A stretch of DNA of 64,000 bases. It comes from a bacterium. GTDB taxonomy: Bacteria; UBA8248. Below are positions 50,144 to 60,621 of this stretch, piece by piece. Numbering within the stretch: position 1 is the stretch's first letter; each line of letters starts with the position of its first letter. Position numbers and translations under genes: made by a program. The notes beneath the pieces were generated by a model. The model made no database searches and was not told the DNA's origin. It saw only the letters and a program-made list of their open reading frames with translations. The stretch is taken from the NCBI GenBank assembly GCA_965202625.1, contig CBDBBI010000010.1:2304001-2368000 (forward strand), written 5' to 3'.

Positions 50144-51163
50144 TTACGTCAAGGCGCCTCCGCAGGAGGAGCCCGCACCCGCCGTGCAGCCGAAACAATG
50201 CTCGTCCAGCAGAATTTCCCGGCCCAGAAGCTCCGCCGGCGCGACGTCCCAGAGTTTCAAGGGTCTCCCGTTGCCCAGGGACATGCCGAGCATCTGGTTG
50301 AAATCACAATCATACAGGGCGCCGTCCCATCCCACGCTGATGAGGTTTCGGCACATCAGGTCGGGGAGCGTCTCCGGGTTGTAGGCTTCCCGCAACCGCG
50401 CCGTGTAGCTCTCCCACTTGCCGCTCGCTTTCAGAAAGCTGGCGAACCGGGTGATGGGCATGTTGGTGATGGTGTAGAGGCGGTGAAAGCGGATGCCGTA
50501 GAGTTTGCGAAGCTCTCGCTTGTAGTCCGCCTCCAGCACCCCCTGGGGAGGGGGAAGGTAGTCGCCCACCGGATTATACACGAGGTTGAGCACGAGTGCT
50601 CCAGGGGGGCCGAACCCCGCCTCGTTCAGCTTCTGAAGGGCGTGGATGGATTTTTCAAAGACCCCGTCTCCGCGCTGGGCGTCCACGTTTTCCTCAAGAT
50701 AGCAAGGAAGCGAGCAGGTGAGCTCCACCTCGTTCTTCCGGTAGAAATCAATCAGGTCCTCCTCTCCGGGCTCGAACACCACCGTGAGGTTGGAGCGCAC
50801 TATGACGCGCCGGCCCTGGCGGCGAACATGTGCGACGATGCGCCTGAAATTCGGGTTGAGCTCAGGTGCGCCTCCCGTGATGTCGACCGTGGAGATTTGC
50901 GTGTTCCCGAGCCATTCAACGATGCGGCTCGCCGTCTCCTCCGTCATGATCTCCTTGCGGTGGGGCCCCGCCCCCACGTGGCAGTGCGCACAGGTCTGGT
51001 TGCAATACTTGCCCACGTTCAGCTGGAGCGTGGAGAGCTCCACCCGATCCAGCCGTGAAACGTCCCTCTGGACGCGCTCGCCGAATTTCTCCGCCCCGTT
51101 CACGTAAAGGGGCAGGGACGCCGAGGCGGGCTTCGCTCTCTCTGATGGAATCGGTCCGGTCAC
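50144..51163 (-). CDS. ArsS-like radical SAM protein (DUF3641), Cys form
   Basis: CNQTCAHCH, DITGGAPE, YDCDFNQ, HCFGCTAGAGSSCGGA. Confidence 0.88.
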   Translation of the reverse strand: MTGPIPSERAKPASASLPLYVNGAEKFGERVQRDVSRLDRVELSTLQLNVGKYCNQTCAHCHVGAGPHRKEIMTEETASRIVEWLGNTQISTVDITGGAPELNPNFRRIVAHVRRQGRRVIVRSNLTVVFEPGEEDLIDFYRKNEVELTCSLPCYLEENVDAQRGDGVFEKSIHALQKLNEAGFGPPGALVLNLVYNPVGDYLPPPQGVLEADYKRELRKLYGIRFHRLYTITNMPITRFASFLKASGKWESYTARLREAYNPETLPDLMCRNLISVGWDGALYDCDFNQMLGMSLGNGRPLKLWDVAPAELLGREILLDEHCFGCTAGAGSSCGGALT

Positions 51164-51175
51164 TTTCTCGCCACT

Positions 51176-51547
51176 TCAAGCGGTTCGCGTCAGTTTTCTG
51201 CGAAGCGATTTCATGCGCCTTCTCACGCGCTTGAGCTGGACGCCGTCTTTCGCCGCGACGTGTTGATCCCGCGCGCCCTTGAGAGATTTGAGCTGCTGCT
51301 TGACGGCGCTTCTGTCGATTCTGGAGGCGCGCTTCGTCTCAAGAATCGGAATGTTGTTGATCTCCTTGAGCGCTCGTATCAACTGGCCTTTGTCCATCCC
51401 GTGAACGCCCGAGATTTTTCCGCCGTAGCCCAGGGCGGCTTCCTTGAGTTTGGGCACGTTCATCTTCATCCTGTCGATCTCTTTGGCCGTCAAGACGGGT
51501 CCCGCATCCGCCGGGGCCTGTGCTCCTGTTTTTTTCCCTTCCGCCAT
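51176..51547 (-). CDS. Small basic protein with Rho N-terminal-like motif
   Basis: KMNVPKLKE.A...ISGVHGMDKGQLI; GGAGG RBS. Confidence 0.65.
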   Translation of the reverse strand: MAEGKKTGAQAPADAGPVLTAKEIDRMKMNVPKLKEAALGYGGKISGVHGMDKGQLIRALKEINNIPILETKRASRIDRSAVKQQLKSLKGARDQHVAAKDGVQLKRVRRRMKSLRRKLTRTA

Positions 51548-51898
51548 TTCCGCCTCCCGTGAAAAACGAATCACTGCCCGTTGGCGCGCCCCCGCCCCCC
51601 TGTTCATGGAGATGATCTCGCCGAATGGTCGCCGCTGCAACAAGCGGAACGCGCAACCTAGCAAAACAGGGGCGTGCGATCAACGCCGGAATGGAAATGA
51701 AAGCCCGCCGGGAATCAGGGGTTTGGGAGAGAGGTCGCATCGCGCGCTCTTGCGGGCGCGATTTTCTTGTCTGGTGGGGTCTCGCCTCGACAAACGCGCC
51801 ATAGCAATTTTTCGACTTGCCCGGTTCGGGTCTGGGTGATAGAAATGGGGGATAGATATCTCTGAGGGGCGAATTTTCATTGACGAAGGGGCGTCGCC

Positions 51899-52912
51899 GT
51901 GGCCCAGAAACTGCTTGAAGTGAAAGACATGGTGAAGCATTTTCCGGTGCGGGGAGGCGTATTCTCCCGGGTGCGCAACTACGTGCGCGCCGTGGATGGC
52001 GTGAGCTTCGATCTGGCGCCTGGCGAGACGCTCGGGCTGGTCGGGGAGAGCGGGTGCGGCAAATCCACCACGGGCCGCGCCCTGCTTCGCCTCATCGAAC
52101 CCACGTCGGGCGAAGTGAACTTCGAGGGCACCGACGTCTGCTCTCTGGACAGAGAGTCGATGCGCAAGCTCAGACGCGAGATGCAGATCATCTTTCAGGA
52201 CCCATACGCGTCCCTCAACCCGCGCATGACGGTGGGAAGCATCGTCGGCGAGCCTTTGACCATCCACAAAATCGCCAGGGGGAAGGAGAAAGAGAAGAAG
52301 GTCGCCTCGCTTCTCCATCGCGTAGGCTTGCGGCAGGAACATATACGCCGCTACCCCCACGAGTTCTCCGGCGGTCAGCGCCAGCGCATCGGAATCGCCC
52401 GCGCACTTGCGCTCAACCCGAAGCTCATCATCGCCGATGAGCCGGTAAGCGCCCTTGACGTGTCGATCCAGGCGCAGGTCATCAACCTGCTGGAGGATCT
52501 GCAAAAGGAGTTTGGAATCGCGTTTGTGCTCATCGCGCATGATCTGGCGGTCGTCCAGCACGTGAGCGACCGCATCGCCGTCATGTATCTGGGCAAGATC
52601 GTAGAGACGTCCACGGCCGATAGGGTGGTGATGCGCCCGAAGCACCCCTATACCGAGGCGCTGCTCTCCGCCGTGCCGATTCCGGACCCGACGGCAAAGA
52701 AAAAGCGCATGATTCTGACCGGCGACGTGCCCAGCCCCGTGAATCCGCCCTCGGGCTGCCGCTTTCATACGAGATGCCCCTACAAGGAACATAGGTGCGT
52801 ATCTGAGGAGCCGCAGATGCGCGAGATCAGCGCAGGCCATTTTGCGGCGTGCCACTTCTCGGAGAAACTTTATGGCGGCGCGCCCAAAATGAATGGAACG
52901 TCCGCAGCCTAG
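51899..52912 (+). CDS. Oligopeptide/dipeptide ABC transporter ATP-binding protein (OppF/DppF-like)
   Basis: [34 protein letters not shown]. Confidence 0.95.
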   Translation: MAQKLLEVKDMVKHFPVRGGVFSRVRNYVRAVDGVSFDLAPGETLGLVGESGCGKSTTGRALLRLIEPTSGEVNFEGTDVCSLDRESMRKLRREMQIIFQDPYASLNPRMTVGSIVGEPLTIHKIARGKEKEKKVASLLHRVGLRQEHIRRYPHEFSGGQRQRIGIARALALNPKLIIADEPVSALDVSIQAQVINLLEDLQKEFGIAFVLIAHDLAVVQHVSDRIAVMYLGKIVETSTADRVVMRPKHPYTEALLSAVPIPDPTAKKKRMILTGDVPSPVNPPSGCRFHTRCPYKEHRCVSEEPQMREISAGHFAACHFSEKLYGGAPKMNGTSAA

Positions 52913-52971
52913 GTTGCGTCCTCTTTTTTTCGGGCGATCGACTTCCGCCCCGCACGGGCGAAGGCTGGCGC

Positions 52972-54651
52972 ATGATGGACGATAGCTCCTCCAAAACATT
53001 CTTGCCTCTCCTGGCTTTTGCCTTCCTCACGGTCCTCCTCGCCTTGGCGATGGCGTTCGTTTATCAATCCACCCGGCGGATGCTCCTGAGCGAATACGCC
53101 GAACGCGACCTGAGACGCCTGCGCGCCTTTGAGGAGATGGTGCGCAATCGCGTCGATTCCCTGCGCGAGAGAATGCGAGGGGCGGAGTTGCTCGTGGCCC
53201 CCTCTCCGAGGGAGAAGAAGCGGATAGGGCGCGCGCTTTCGTCCATTCTGGGCAAAAAATCGCAAGAGGGGTTCGCCGCCTCGGTGTTGCTGAATGAGCG
53301 GGGCGCAATTTTGGCTTCGCGCCGGGCCGGAAACATGCCGTCGCCGAGCACCGAGGAGAAGCGCTTCTGGGTGAGGGCGCGGAACGATCTTCTTCGGGCG
53401 GCGCGCCGGAGGAAGGCGAGACCGCCAGGGGGGACGCTCGACGTTCAGGCAGTCGCCCTGGGCGGCGTGCCTGCGGCGTATCTGCTGGCCTCCTCGCCCG
53501 CCACCGGAGGTTTTTGGGGCGTCCTCGTTCCGGCGGAGTCCCTGTTGTCCGCCGCGGAGGGGGAAGTGGCTTCCGGCGAGAGCGTTTTCCTGTTGGCGGC
53601 ACCCGCGCAAAAAATTCTTTTCGCCAGGCGGGGGGATACGTTTTTCTCTGGGCAGATCGCCCACGCCTTTGAGGAGAGGCTCGCCGCAATCCTCGGGATT
53701 TCGCGCTGCTGCGTCCCCTCTGCGTTCAACGCCGTAAACGAGGATGGGCGCTGGATGACGCAGGCCGCCTTCCAGGTGGGCGTGCGGGAGCTGCGCCTCG
53801 TCCACGTGGCGGGTCGCGAGAATATGGGCGCGGACCTGTTCGATGCGTTGACGGTGCCGGTCGTCGCTCTGGGGGCGGGCGGTTTGGTCGCCTTCGCCCT
53901 GTTTTTCTTCATGGGGCGCGGAAGACGGCCTGAACCCGAAATCCCTCGGCTGGATAGGTCTGCTGGGGGGGAGGCGTCCGCCTTGCCGGAGGAGGAGCCG
54001 CCCCATCCGCCCGACGAGGAGCCGCCCCATCCGCTTGAGGCGGCACAGCCCCCTGAACGGGATGTGCCCGTCGTGCGGCGGGCTGAACCGGGCCAGCTCG
54101 CCGTGATCTCCCGGATGAGCGAACTGGTGGCCAGCGGGGAGGACTTTCGCCGCGTCATCACCGCCAGCGCGCGCGAGGTCGCCCGATTTGTCTCGACCGA
54201 CAGGTATTGCGCCGCATTGTATGACGAGGCGACCGATCAGTTCCATGCGGTGTGCGCCTCACGCATCGGGGAGGCTTACCGGCGCGCCACGACGATGCCC
54301 GCTTTGGAACTGCCGGAGAGAATCGCGCTCAGAGAAAGAGAGATCGTCGAGGTGATGTCCACCGATGCGTGGCATGACGCCCCCGAGGTTCTGAAGACGG
54401 AAAACGTGCGGGGAGCCATCGTCTTTCCGTTGTGCGCTCTGGGCAAGGTGGTGGGCATGGCCTCTTTTTACTTTGACGCACCGCGCGAGATGTCGAGTCA
54501 GGACGTGGACTATTGCGCGATCCTCCTCAAGCAGGGCGCGGTGGCCATATCCCGGGCCTTGTCCCTGGCCGGAGCGAAAGCCGGGCCTGCTCCTTCCCTC
54601 GCATCGGAGACGCCCCCCGCTCGCTTTCGCAGAGACCACATGGGGGAATGA
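52972..54651 (+). CDS. Membrane sensor-like protein with C-terminal GAF domain
   Basis: Two TM helices around an extracytoplasmic region; GAF-like RGAIVFPL..LGKVVG..PREMS. Confidence 0.6.
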   Translation: MMDDSSSKTFLPLLAFAFLTVLLALAMAFVYQSTRRMLLSEYAERDLRRLRAFEEMVRNRVDSLRERMRGAELLVAPSPREKKRIGRALSSILGKKSQEGFAASVLLNERGAILASRRAGNMPSPSTEEKRFWVRARNDLLRAARRRKARPPGGTLDVQAVALGGVPAAYLLASSPATGGFWGVLVPAESLLSAAEGEVASGESVFLLAAPAQKILFARRGDTFFSGQIAHAFEERLAAILGISRCCVPSAFNAVNEDGRWMTQAAFQVGVRELRLVHVAGRENMGADLFDALTVPVVALGAGGLVAFALFFFMGRGRRPEPEIPRLDRSAGGEASALPEEEPPHPPDEEPPHPLEAAQPPERDVPVVRRAEPGQLAVISRMSELVASGEDFRRVITASAREVARFVSTDRYCAALYDEATDQFHAVCASRIGEAYRRATTMPALELPERIALREREIVEVMSTDAWHDAPEVLKTENVRGAIVFPLCALGKVVGMASFYFDAPREMSSQDVDYCAILLKQGAVAISRALSLAGAKAGPAPSLASETPPARFRRDHMGE

Positions 54652-54679
54652 AGCGCGCGGCGCGCAAAAAAAGGAAGAT

Positions 54680-55500
54680 ATGACGCCGTTGTGCGCGCAG
54701 AATTTCGAGGCCTTGTATAGCGGCTTCGAGAGTCCGTCCGCGCCGTTCGACTGCGGAGGAAATGCGCGTCTATCAGGGGCGGGACGCCTTTTCACTGCGA
54801 TCACGTCTGGGTTGTTTCTGTCGTCTGTCGCGCTGCGATATGTCTATCAGGGGCGGGACGCCTTTTCACCGCGATCACGTCTGGGTTGTTTCTGTCGTCT
54901 GTCGCGCTGCGATATGTCTATCAGGGGCGGGACGCCTTTTCACCGCGATGCGGTCCCGGGTCGTTCCCGCCGCCCATCGCAAGGGGCGGGAGTTTCTGGA
55001 GCCGCGCACGAGGCTTTGGCATGAGTGAAGCGCAATCCAACGCGAAACTCGAAGCGAAACCCGAATGGGAACTGATCGAGGAAGTTGCTCGAGAGAAATT
55101 GCTCAAGGGGAGAGCGTTTTCATCGCACGTTTTCATCGAACGTCGAGGAGAGCATTTTCATCAAATGCCGAGGCGCAGTGTCTTGCGAGAGGGGAAGCCG
55201 TTCCGTTTTGTTCCGCCTCGTTCCGCCCGGTTCCGTATGCGCCGCACTGCGCCTGTCCCTGCTCTACACCCAAACGCGTTGGAGGGGAAACGTTATTTCG
55301 TGGACCGTCACTGCGTGGTGACGGATGCGCTCATCAAAGCCGACTATATCGCCAGAAGATGAGCGGGGAAGCAGTCCCTCGTGGTGCTCACGCCAAACGG
55401 CCCCTATCAAGGCTGTCTACAAGGGCGAAAAACTCATTGTGTGCTGGAGATAAGGCCGATTCGCCCGAGAGAGCGTATCGGCCACAGGTGTAGGCCGGAC
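54680..55500 (+). pseudogene. Degraded Cys-rich (putative Fe-S/Zn cluster) gene interrupted by a tandem duplication
   Basis: Fragments LYSGFESPSAPFDCG, VVPAAH..EFLEPRTRLWH and KCRGAVSCERGSRS lie in different frames. Confidence 0.45.
54768..54949. repeat. Tandem repeat, 74-bp unit, about 2.5 copies
   Basis: Units start at 54768, 54842 and 54916 with GTCTATCAGGGGCGGGACGCCTTTTCAC. Confidence 0.95.
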
Positions 55501-55538
55501 ACGGAACGCGCGCGATTTTGGGCGCGCGCCGTTATGCT

Positions 55539-56747
55539 TTACGTCTGCATCTCATCCGCCATGTTCGCGATGGCCTGGCCAATCATCAAGGAAGCTGTCG
55601 CCCCCGGCGAGGGGGCGTTGCACACGTGGATGGCGCCCTCTGTGCGGATGATCGCGAAATCATCCAGAAGGGCACCGCGACGGTCCACCGCCTGTGCGCG
55701 AACGCCCGCGCCCGCGGGGATGAGGTCGGACTCCTGAATCTCGGGAATGAGTTTTTGCAGGGCGTGCGTGAAGGCGGATTTGCTGATGGAGCGGATTATC
55801 TCGCCCAGCCCCGTTTTCCAATACTTTCGCGCGAGCTTCCAGAAGCCGACGTAAGTCAGGGTTTCGAGCAGATCGTAAGGGTCGATACGGGTTTTCGCGT
55901 AACCCTCCCTCATGCAGGCGAGGACGGCGTTCGGTCCGGCTTCGACCGCACCGCTCACGCGACGAGTGAAGTGAACGCCCAGAAAGGGAAACGCAGGATC
56001 CGGCGTCGGGTAGATCAACCCTTTTACGAGCCCGCGCCGCTCAGGCGCGAGTTCGTAATACTCGCCGCGAAAGGGGATGATTTTCATCGATGGCGCGCCG
56101 CCCGCGATTTTGGCGATTCTGTCCGCGTGAAGTCCCGCGCAGTTGATGATGAATCTGGCCGCAAAATCTCCCGCCGTCGTTTCGACGCGCCTCTCTCCGC
56201 TTGCGCGCGCGATTCCCGTAACTTCCGCTGAGGTTTGGATTCTCTGCCCCCCCGCCGTGAGGAGGCGCGCATGCGCGCGCACCACGGCGTTGTAGTCGAT
56301 GATGCCGGTGGAGGGGACCCAGAGCGCCTTGACGCCTTGGGCGTGTGGTTCTATCTCTCGCAGCTCCTCGGGTCCCAGGACGGTGATGTTCGCGATGCCG
56401 TTGGCCGTCCCCCGGCGGTGGAGTTCGTCGAGTCGGGGGACTTCCGCCGGGTTCGTGGCGACGACCACCTTGCCACATATTTCATGCTTTATGTCTTGCT
56501 CTTGCGCGAAGCGCGCCATGGCGGCTGCGCCCTCGACGCAGGTTTTCGCTTTGAGCGAGCCTGGCCGGTAGTAGAGTCCCGCATGGATCACACCGCTGTT
56601 GTGGAGGGATTGATGACGCCCGACCTCCTCTTCCTTCTCGAGTACGAGCAGGCGCTTGCGGGGGTGGTGGCGGGCGATCTCCGCCGCGGCGGAAAGGCCG
56701 AGTATGCCGCCTCCGATGATGATGACGTCCCACGTCGTCTGATTCAT
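55539..56747 (-). CDS. lhgO: L-2-hydroxyglutarate oxidase
   Basis: GGGILG, HNSGVIHAGLYY, FPFLGVHFT, GVRAQA, NAPSPGATASL. Confidence 0.93.
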   Translation of the reverse strand: MNQTTWDVIIIGGGILGLSAAAEIARHHPRKRLLVLEKEEEVGRHQSLHNSGVIHAGLYYRPGSLKAKTCVEGAAAMARFAQEQDIKHEICGKVVVATNPAEVPRLDELHRRGTANGIANITVLGPEELREIEPHAQGVKALWVPSTGIIDYNAVVRAHARLLTAGGQRIQTSAEVTGIARASGERRVETTAGDFAARFIINCAGLHADRIAKIAGGAPSMKIIPFRGEYYELAPERRGLVKGLIYPTPDPAFPFLGVHFTRRVSGAVEAGPNAVLACMREGYAKTRIDPYDLLETLTYVGFWKLARKYWKTGLGEIIRSISKSAFTHALQKLIPEIQESDLIPAGAGVRAQAVDRRGALLDDFAIIRTEGAIHVCNAPSPGATASLMIGQAIANMADEMQT

Positions 56748-56876
56748 CTCGCATCCTCGGGGCCGATAGACAAGGGTAAGGCGTAAGAGCGGCATGACGT
56801 ATCTCTATGGGCTGCCGCGCCGGAAATCAAACGTCTCCGACTGATAAGGATATCCCAAAGATATACAGATTTTCTC

Positions 56877-56907
56877 TTGACATATAATTTTTTTCGCTCA
56901 TTATACT
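56877..56907 (+). promoter_or_regulatory. Possible sigma70 promoter of the TAXI operon
   Basis: TTGACA followed by CATTAT/TATACT in an AT-rich divergent intergenic region. Confidence 0.45.
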
Positions 56908-57076
56908 TTGGAGGAAGCAATCATACCGCGGAATCACTGAAAGAAGTCGTGATTTGGGGTTTACAGGAAATTCGCCACCTGTGCGGAGCGCCGGTGGCTT
57001 GCGTCAAAGGGACGCTTACCGAAAACCGATGAGCGCGCCCTCTGTCTATCTCATCGCACCTGAAGGAGGGTATCTC

Positions 57077-58066
57077 ATGAAAAAGGCAATAAAGTTCATG
57101 CTTGCTTTTGCGGCAGCCGTTTCGCTGGCGGGAGCGGCGGTTCCGGCGAGTGCCGAGAAGTTTCTGGTGGTCGGTGGCGGCTCCACCACAGGTGTGTACT
57201 ATCAAGTGGCGCTCAACGTCTGCAAACTTGTGAACAAGAACCTCAAGAGTAAGGGCTACAACTGCATCGGCCGCCCCGCCTTGGGCTCGGTGTTCAACAT
57301 CAACGCGATCAAGCGCGGACTCCTGAACTTCGGCGTCGCCCAGTCCGACAGAAACTGGCAGGCCTACAACGGCGCGGCCAACTGGAAGGGCAAGCCTTAC
57401 AAAGGTCTGCGGAGCGTGTTCAGCGTTCACGCGGAAACCATCATGCTCGTAGCGCGCGCCGATTCGGGAATCAAGATGGTCTCCGACATCAAGGGGCGTC
57501 GAATCAACATCGGCAACCCCGGCTCCGGCCAGCGCGGAAACGCGAAGGACATCCTGCGGATCTACGGCATCGATCAAAAGGACATCCAGGCGGAGGGCTT
57601 GCAGCAAAACGAGGCGAACCGCGCTCTGGTGGACAAGAAGATCGACGCGTTCTTCTACACCGTGGGCAACCCTTGGGGCGGGGGACTTGAGGTGTCCAAC
57701 AGCACGGCGATTCGCATGATTCCCGTGAACTCCATGGGCATTCAGAAGCTGGTCGCCGGCAATCCCTACTACGTCATGACGACGATTCCAGGCGGCGTCT
57801 ACCAGGGCGTTTCCCAGGACGTGCCTACCTATGCGGTGAAGGCGACCTTCGTGACGGGGGACAAGCAGCCCAACGATGTGGTCTATAACGTGGTAAAAAC
57901 CATATTCGACAACCTGGATCAGTTCCGCGCCACGCACGCGGCGTTCAAATTTCTGAAGAAAGAAGACATGCTCAAGGGCCTCTCGGCGCCCTTCCATCCG
58001 GGCGCCATGCGCTATTACGAGGAGAAGGGCATGATGAAAAAAGACAAAATGATGATGAAGAAGTGA
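57077..58066 (+). CDS. TAXI family TRAP solute-binding protein
   Basis: GSTTGVYY, GSVFNI, VAQSD, IGNPGSG, PFHPGA.RYYEE. Confidence 0.93.
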   Translation: MKKAIKFMLAFAAAVSLAGAAVPASAEKFLVVGGGSTTGVYYQVALNVCKLVNKNLKSKGYNCIGRPALGSVFNINAIKRGLLNFGVAQSDRNWQAYNGAANWKGKPYKGLRSVFSVHAETIMLVARADSGIKMVSDIKGRRINIGNPGSGQRGNAKDILRIYGIDQKDIQAEGLQQNEANRALVDKKIDAFFYTVGNPWGGGLEVSNSTAIRMIPVNSMGIQKLVAGNPYYVMTTIPGGVYQGVSQDVPTYAVKATFVTGDKQPNDVVYNVVKTIFDNLDQFRATHAAFKFLKKEDMLKGLSAPFHPGAMRYYEEKGMMKKDKMMMKK

Positions 58067-58112
58067 TTTTGAGGAATCGACGCGCATCAAGACGACGTTA
58101 TCGTTATCAAGC

Positions 58113-58137
58113 CGGGGGGCGCGCAAGGTGCCCCCCG
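58113..58137 (+). terminator. Intercistronic hairpin after the binding-protein gene
   Basis: CGGGGGGCGC-GCAAG-GTGCCCCCCG. Confidence 0.4.
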
Positions 58138-58182
58138 TGCACTTGCGCGGCGACGTAGGCAGAGAAGTTAGCTGAGGGGCGA

Positions 58183-60429
58183 ATGAACGAGCGGGCGGCA
58201 TATTCTTCGGACGTCTTGAGCGACGGGCTGGATGAGGAGTCAAGGCGGAAAGCGGAGGAAATCGCCGCCGAAGCGGAATCTGGCGGCAGAAATCCCCAAA
58301 ATCTCACGGCGTGGCTCGTCTCGATCTTGGCACTCTTCTGGTCCTCATTTCAGCTTTACATCGCCTATACCCCGATGAATTCGATCATCGCCAGAAGCGT
58401 TCATCTCACTTTCGCCATCACGATGGTCTATCTGGCCTTTCCGGGGCTGAAAAGAACGGGCGAGAGCTGGATGCAGCGCGTCTCAATACAGGTTTTTCCG
58501 GTTTTCATGCGCCCTGCCCGCCCCACCCGGGACGTGATTCCCTGGTACGACTACGCGCTCGCCCTCCTCGCCGGAGCGGGCGCGTTCTACATGGCCTGGG
58601 ACTATGTGAACATCATCCAGCGCTCGGGGCTTCCCATTCAGCGCGACGTGGTGGTGGGAGCGATTCTCGTCGTTCTTCTTTTGGAGGCCGCGCGCCGCGC
58701 GCTGGGGCCCGCGCTACCGGTTCTGGCCATCGTATTCCTGCTCTATTGCTTCTTGGGTCCCTACATGCCCTCTTTCATCGCGCATCCGGGCATTCCGCTC
58801 GAATTTGTCGTGGACCACATGTATTTGAGCGACAGCGGCATTTGGGGCGTGCCCATCGGAGTGTCCACGAGCTTCGTGTTCCTCTTCGTCCTGTTCGGCT
58901 CCCTGCTCGACAAGGCGGGGGCGGCGAACTACTTCGTCCAGGTGGCCTTCGCGGCGCTTGGCCGCTTTCGGGGCGGACCCGCCAAGGCGGCCGTGGTTGC
59001 CTCGGGCATGACGGGGTTGGTCTCGGGTTCATCCATCGCGAACGTGGCGACGACGGGAACCTTCACGATTCCGTTGATGAAAAAAGTGGGTCTGCCCGCC
59101 TACAAGGCGGGCGCCGTGGAGGTGGCTGCGAGCACGAACGGGCAACTTATGCCGCCGGTGATGGGCGCCGCCGCGTTCATCATGGCGGAGTTTCTGGGGC
59201 TCGCCTATCTGGACGTGGTGCGCGCCGCCATATTGCCGGCCCTTCTTTCTTACATCGCCCTTTTCTACGTCGTTCATCTCGAGGCGCTCAAGCTTGACCT
59301 CAAGCCGCTTGAGGCGGATGAGTTGCCCACTTTCTGGGGCACGCTGATAAGCGGCGTTCACTATGTGGTTCCCATTCTGGCGCTGATCTATACCTTGGTC
59401 ATCCTGCGAATGTCGGCCGTGGCGTCCGCGTTCAACGCCATTCTGCTGACGATGGCGATCATCGTCGTCCAGCGTCCTATGGAGAACACCATTCTCATTC
59501 TGGGCGAGATGAAGAGGGAGAAGGGCGTCGCCCGCCTGAGAGAGCTGTTTGGCGAGTCGCACTTCAAGGAGGTGGAGGAGCGGCTTTGGCATGGGGTGCT
59601 CAGCGGCTTCGGCCGGAGTTTTGGAGACGTGTGGCAGGGCTTGATGGCGGGCGCCAAGAACATGATGGGCATCGGTGTGGCGACGGCCGCCGCAGGCATC
59701 ATCGTCGGCACCGTGACCCTCACGGGTCTGAGCGGACGCTTCATTGAACTCATCGAGATCGTTTCTCTGGGCAACGTGGTGCTCATGCTCGTTCTCACCG
59801 CCGTGTGCTCCCTGGTGCTGGGGATGGGCCTTCCCACCACCGCGAACTACATCGTCATGGCGACGCTCACCGCGCCGGTCATCGTGAGCCTGGGCGGCAA
59901 GGCGGGCCTCGTGGTTCCGCTGCTCGCCGCGCATCTGTTCGTCTTTTATTTTGGCATTCTGGCCGACGACACCCCCCCGGTGGGTCTCGCCGCCTTCGCC
60001 GCCTCGGCGATAGCGAAGTCCGACCCCATCCAGACGGGCGTGCAAGGTTTCGTCTATGATCTGAGAACCGCCATCTTGCCGTTCGTGTTCATCTATAATC
60101 TGGAGTTGTTGATGATGCAGGGCGTCGGCCCCAAAGGAGAGATCATTTGGATAACGGACGCGCTGAAAATTGTCTGGGTGTGCCTGTCTTCCCTGGCGGC
60201 CATGTTCGCCTTTGCGTCCGCCCTCCAGGGCTATTTCGCCGATAATTGCAACTGGGGCGAGCGCGCGCTGCTGCTGCTGGTGTGCGTCTCGGTTTTCAGA
60301 CCTTCGCTCATCACGGATTTTACAGGCGGGGCGCGTCCGATGATTCAGCTTCTCGCAGTAGCCGTCTTCGTTGGTCTCTATCTCTATCAGCGCAGCCGAC
60401 GCAACGGGCGGACGGCCGCCGCTGCCTGA
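58183..60429 (+). CDS. TRAP transporter fused 4TM/12TM permease
   Basis: GGPAKAAV, GSSIANV, MPPVMGAAAF, GMGLPTTANY, DTPPVGLAA. Confidence 0.95.
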   Translation: MNERAAYSSDVLSDGLDEESRRKAEEIAAEAESGGRNPQNLTAWLVSILALFWSSFQLYIAYTPMNSIIARSVHLTFAITMVYLAFPGLKRTGESWMQRVSIQVFPVFMRPARPTRDVIPWYDYALALLAGAGAFYMAWDYVNIIQRSGLPIQRDVVVGAILVVLLLEAARRALGPALPVLAIVFLLYCFLGPYMPSFIAHPGIPLEFVVDHMYLSDSGIWGVPIGVSTSFVFLFVLFGSLLDKAGAANYFVQVAFAALGRFRGGPAKAAVVASGMTGLVSGSSIANVATTGTFTIPLMKKVGLPAYKAGAVEVAASTNGQLMPPVMGAAAFIMAEFLGLAYLDVVRAAILPALLSYIALFYVVHLEALKLDLKPLEADELPTFWGTLISGVHYVVPILALIYTLVILRMSAVASAFNAILLTMAIIVVQRPMENTILILGEMKREKGVARLRELFGESHFKEVEERLWHGVLSGFGRSFGDVWQGLMAGAKNMMGIGVATAAAGIIVGTVTLTGLSGRFIELIEIVSLGNVVLMLVLTAVCSLVLGMGLPTTANYIVMATLTAPVIVSLGGKAGLVVPLLAAHLFVFYFGILADDTPPVGLAAFAASAIAKSDPIQTGVQGFVYDLRTAILPFVFIYNLELLMMQGVGPKGEIIWITDALKIVWVCLSSLAAMFAFASALQGYFADNCNWGERALLLLVCVSVFRPSLITDFTGGARPMIQLLAVAVFVGLYLYQRSRRNGRTAAAA

Positions 60430-60505
60430 CGCGCCAGGCGGGTTCGAATTTTCCCGCTTCTGATTTCAGTCCTGATTCCGTTGTGCTACGCTGGGCGGCC
60501 TTTCT

Positions 60506-60582
<77 letters not shown>

Positions 60583-60621
60583 CGAAAGAACGTCTGTCCA
60601 AGAGCTGAAAGGGTGCATTTT

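Noticed and set aside
54768-54949. CRISPR array
   Set aside because: The spacers are identical, the repeat appears gene-derived, and there are no cas genes or leader
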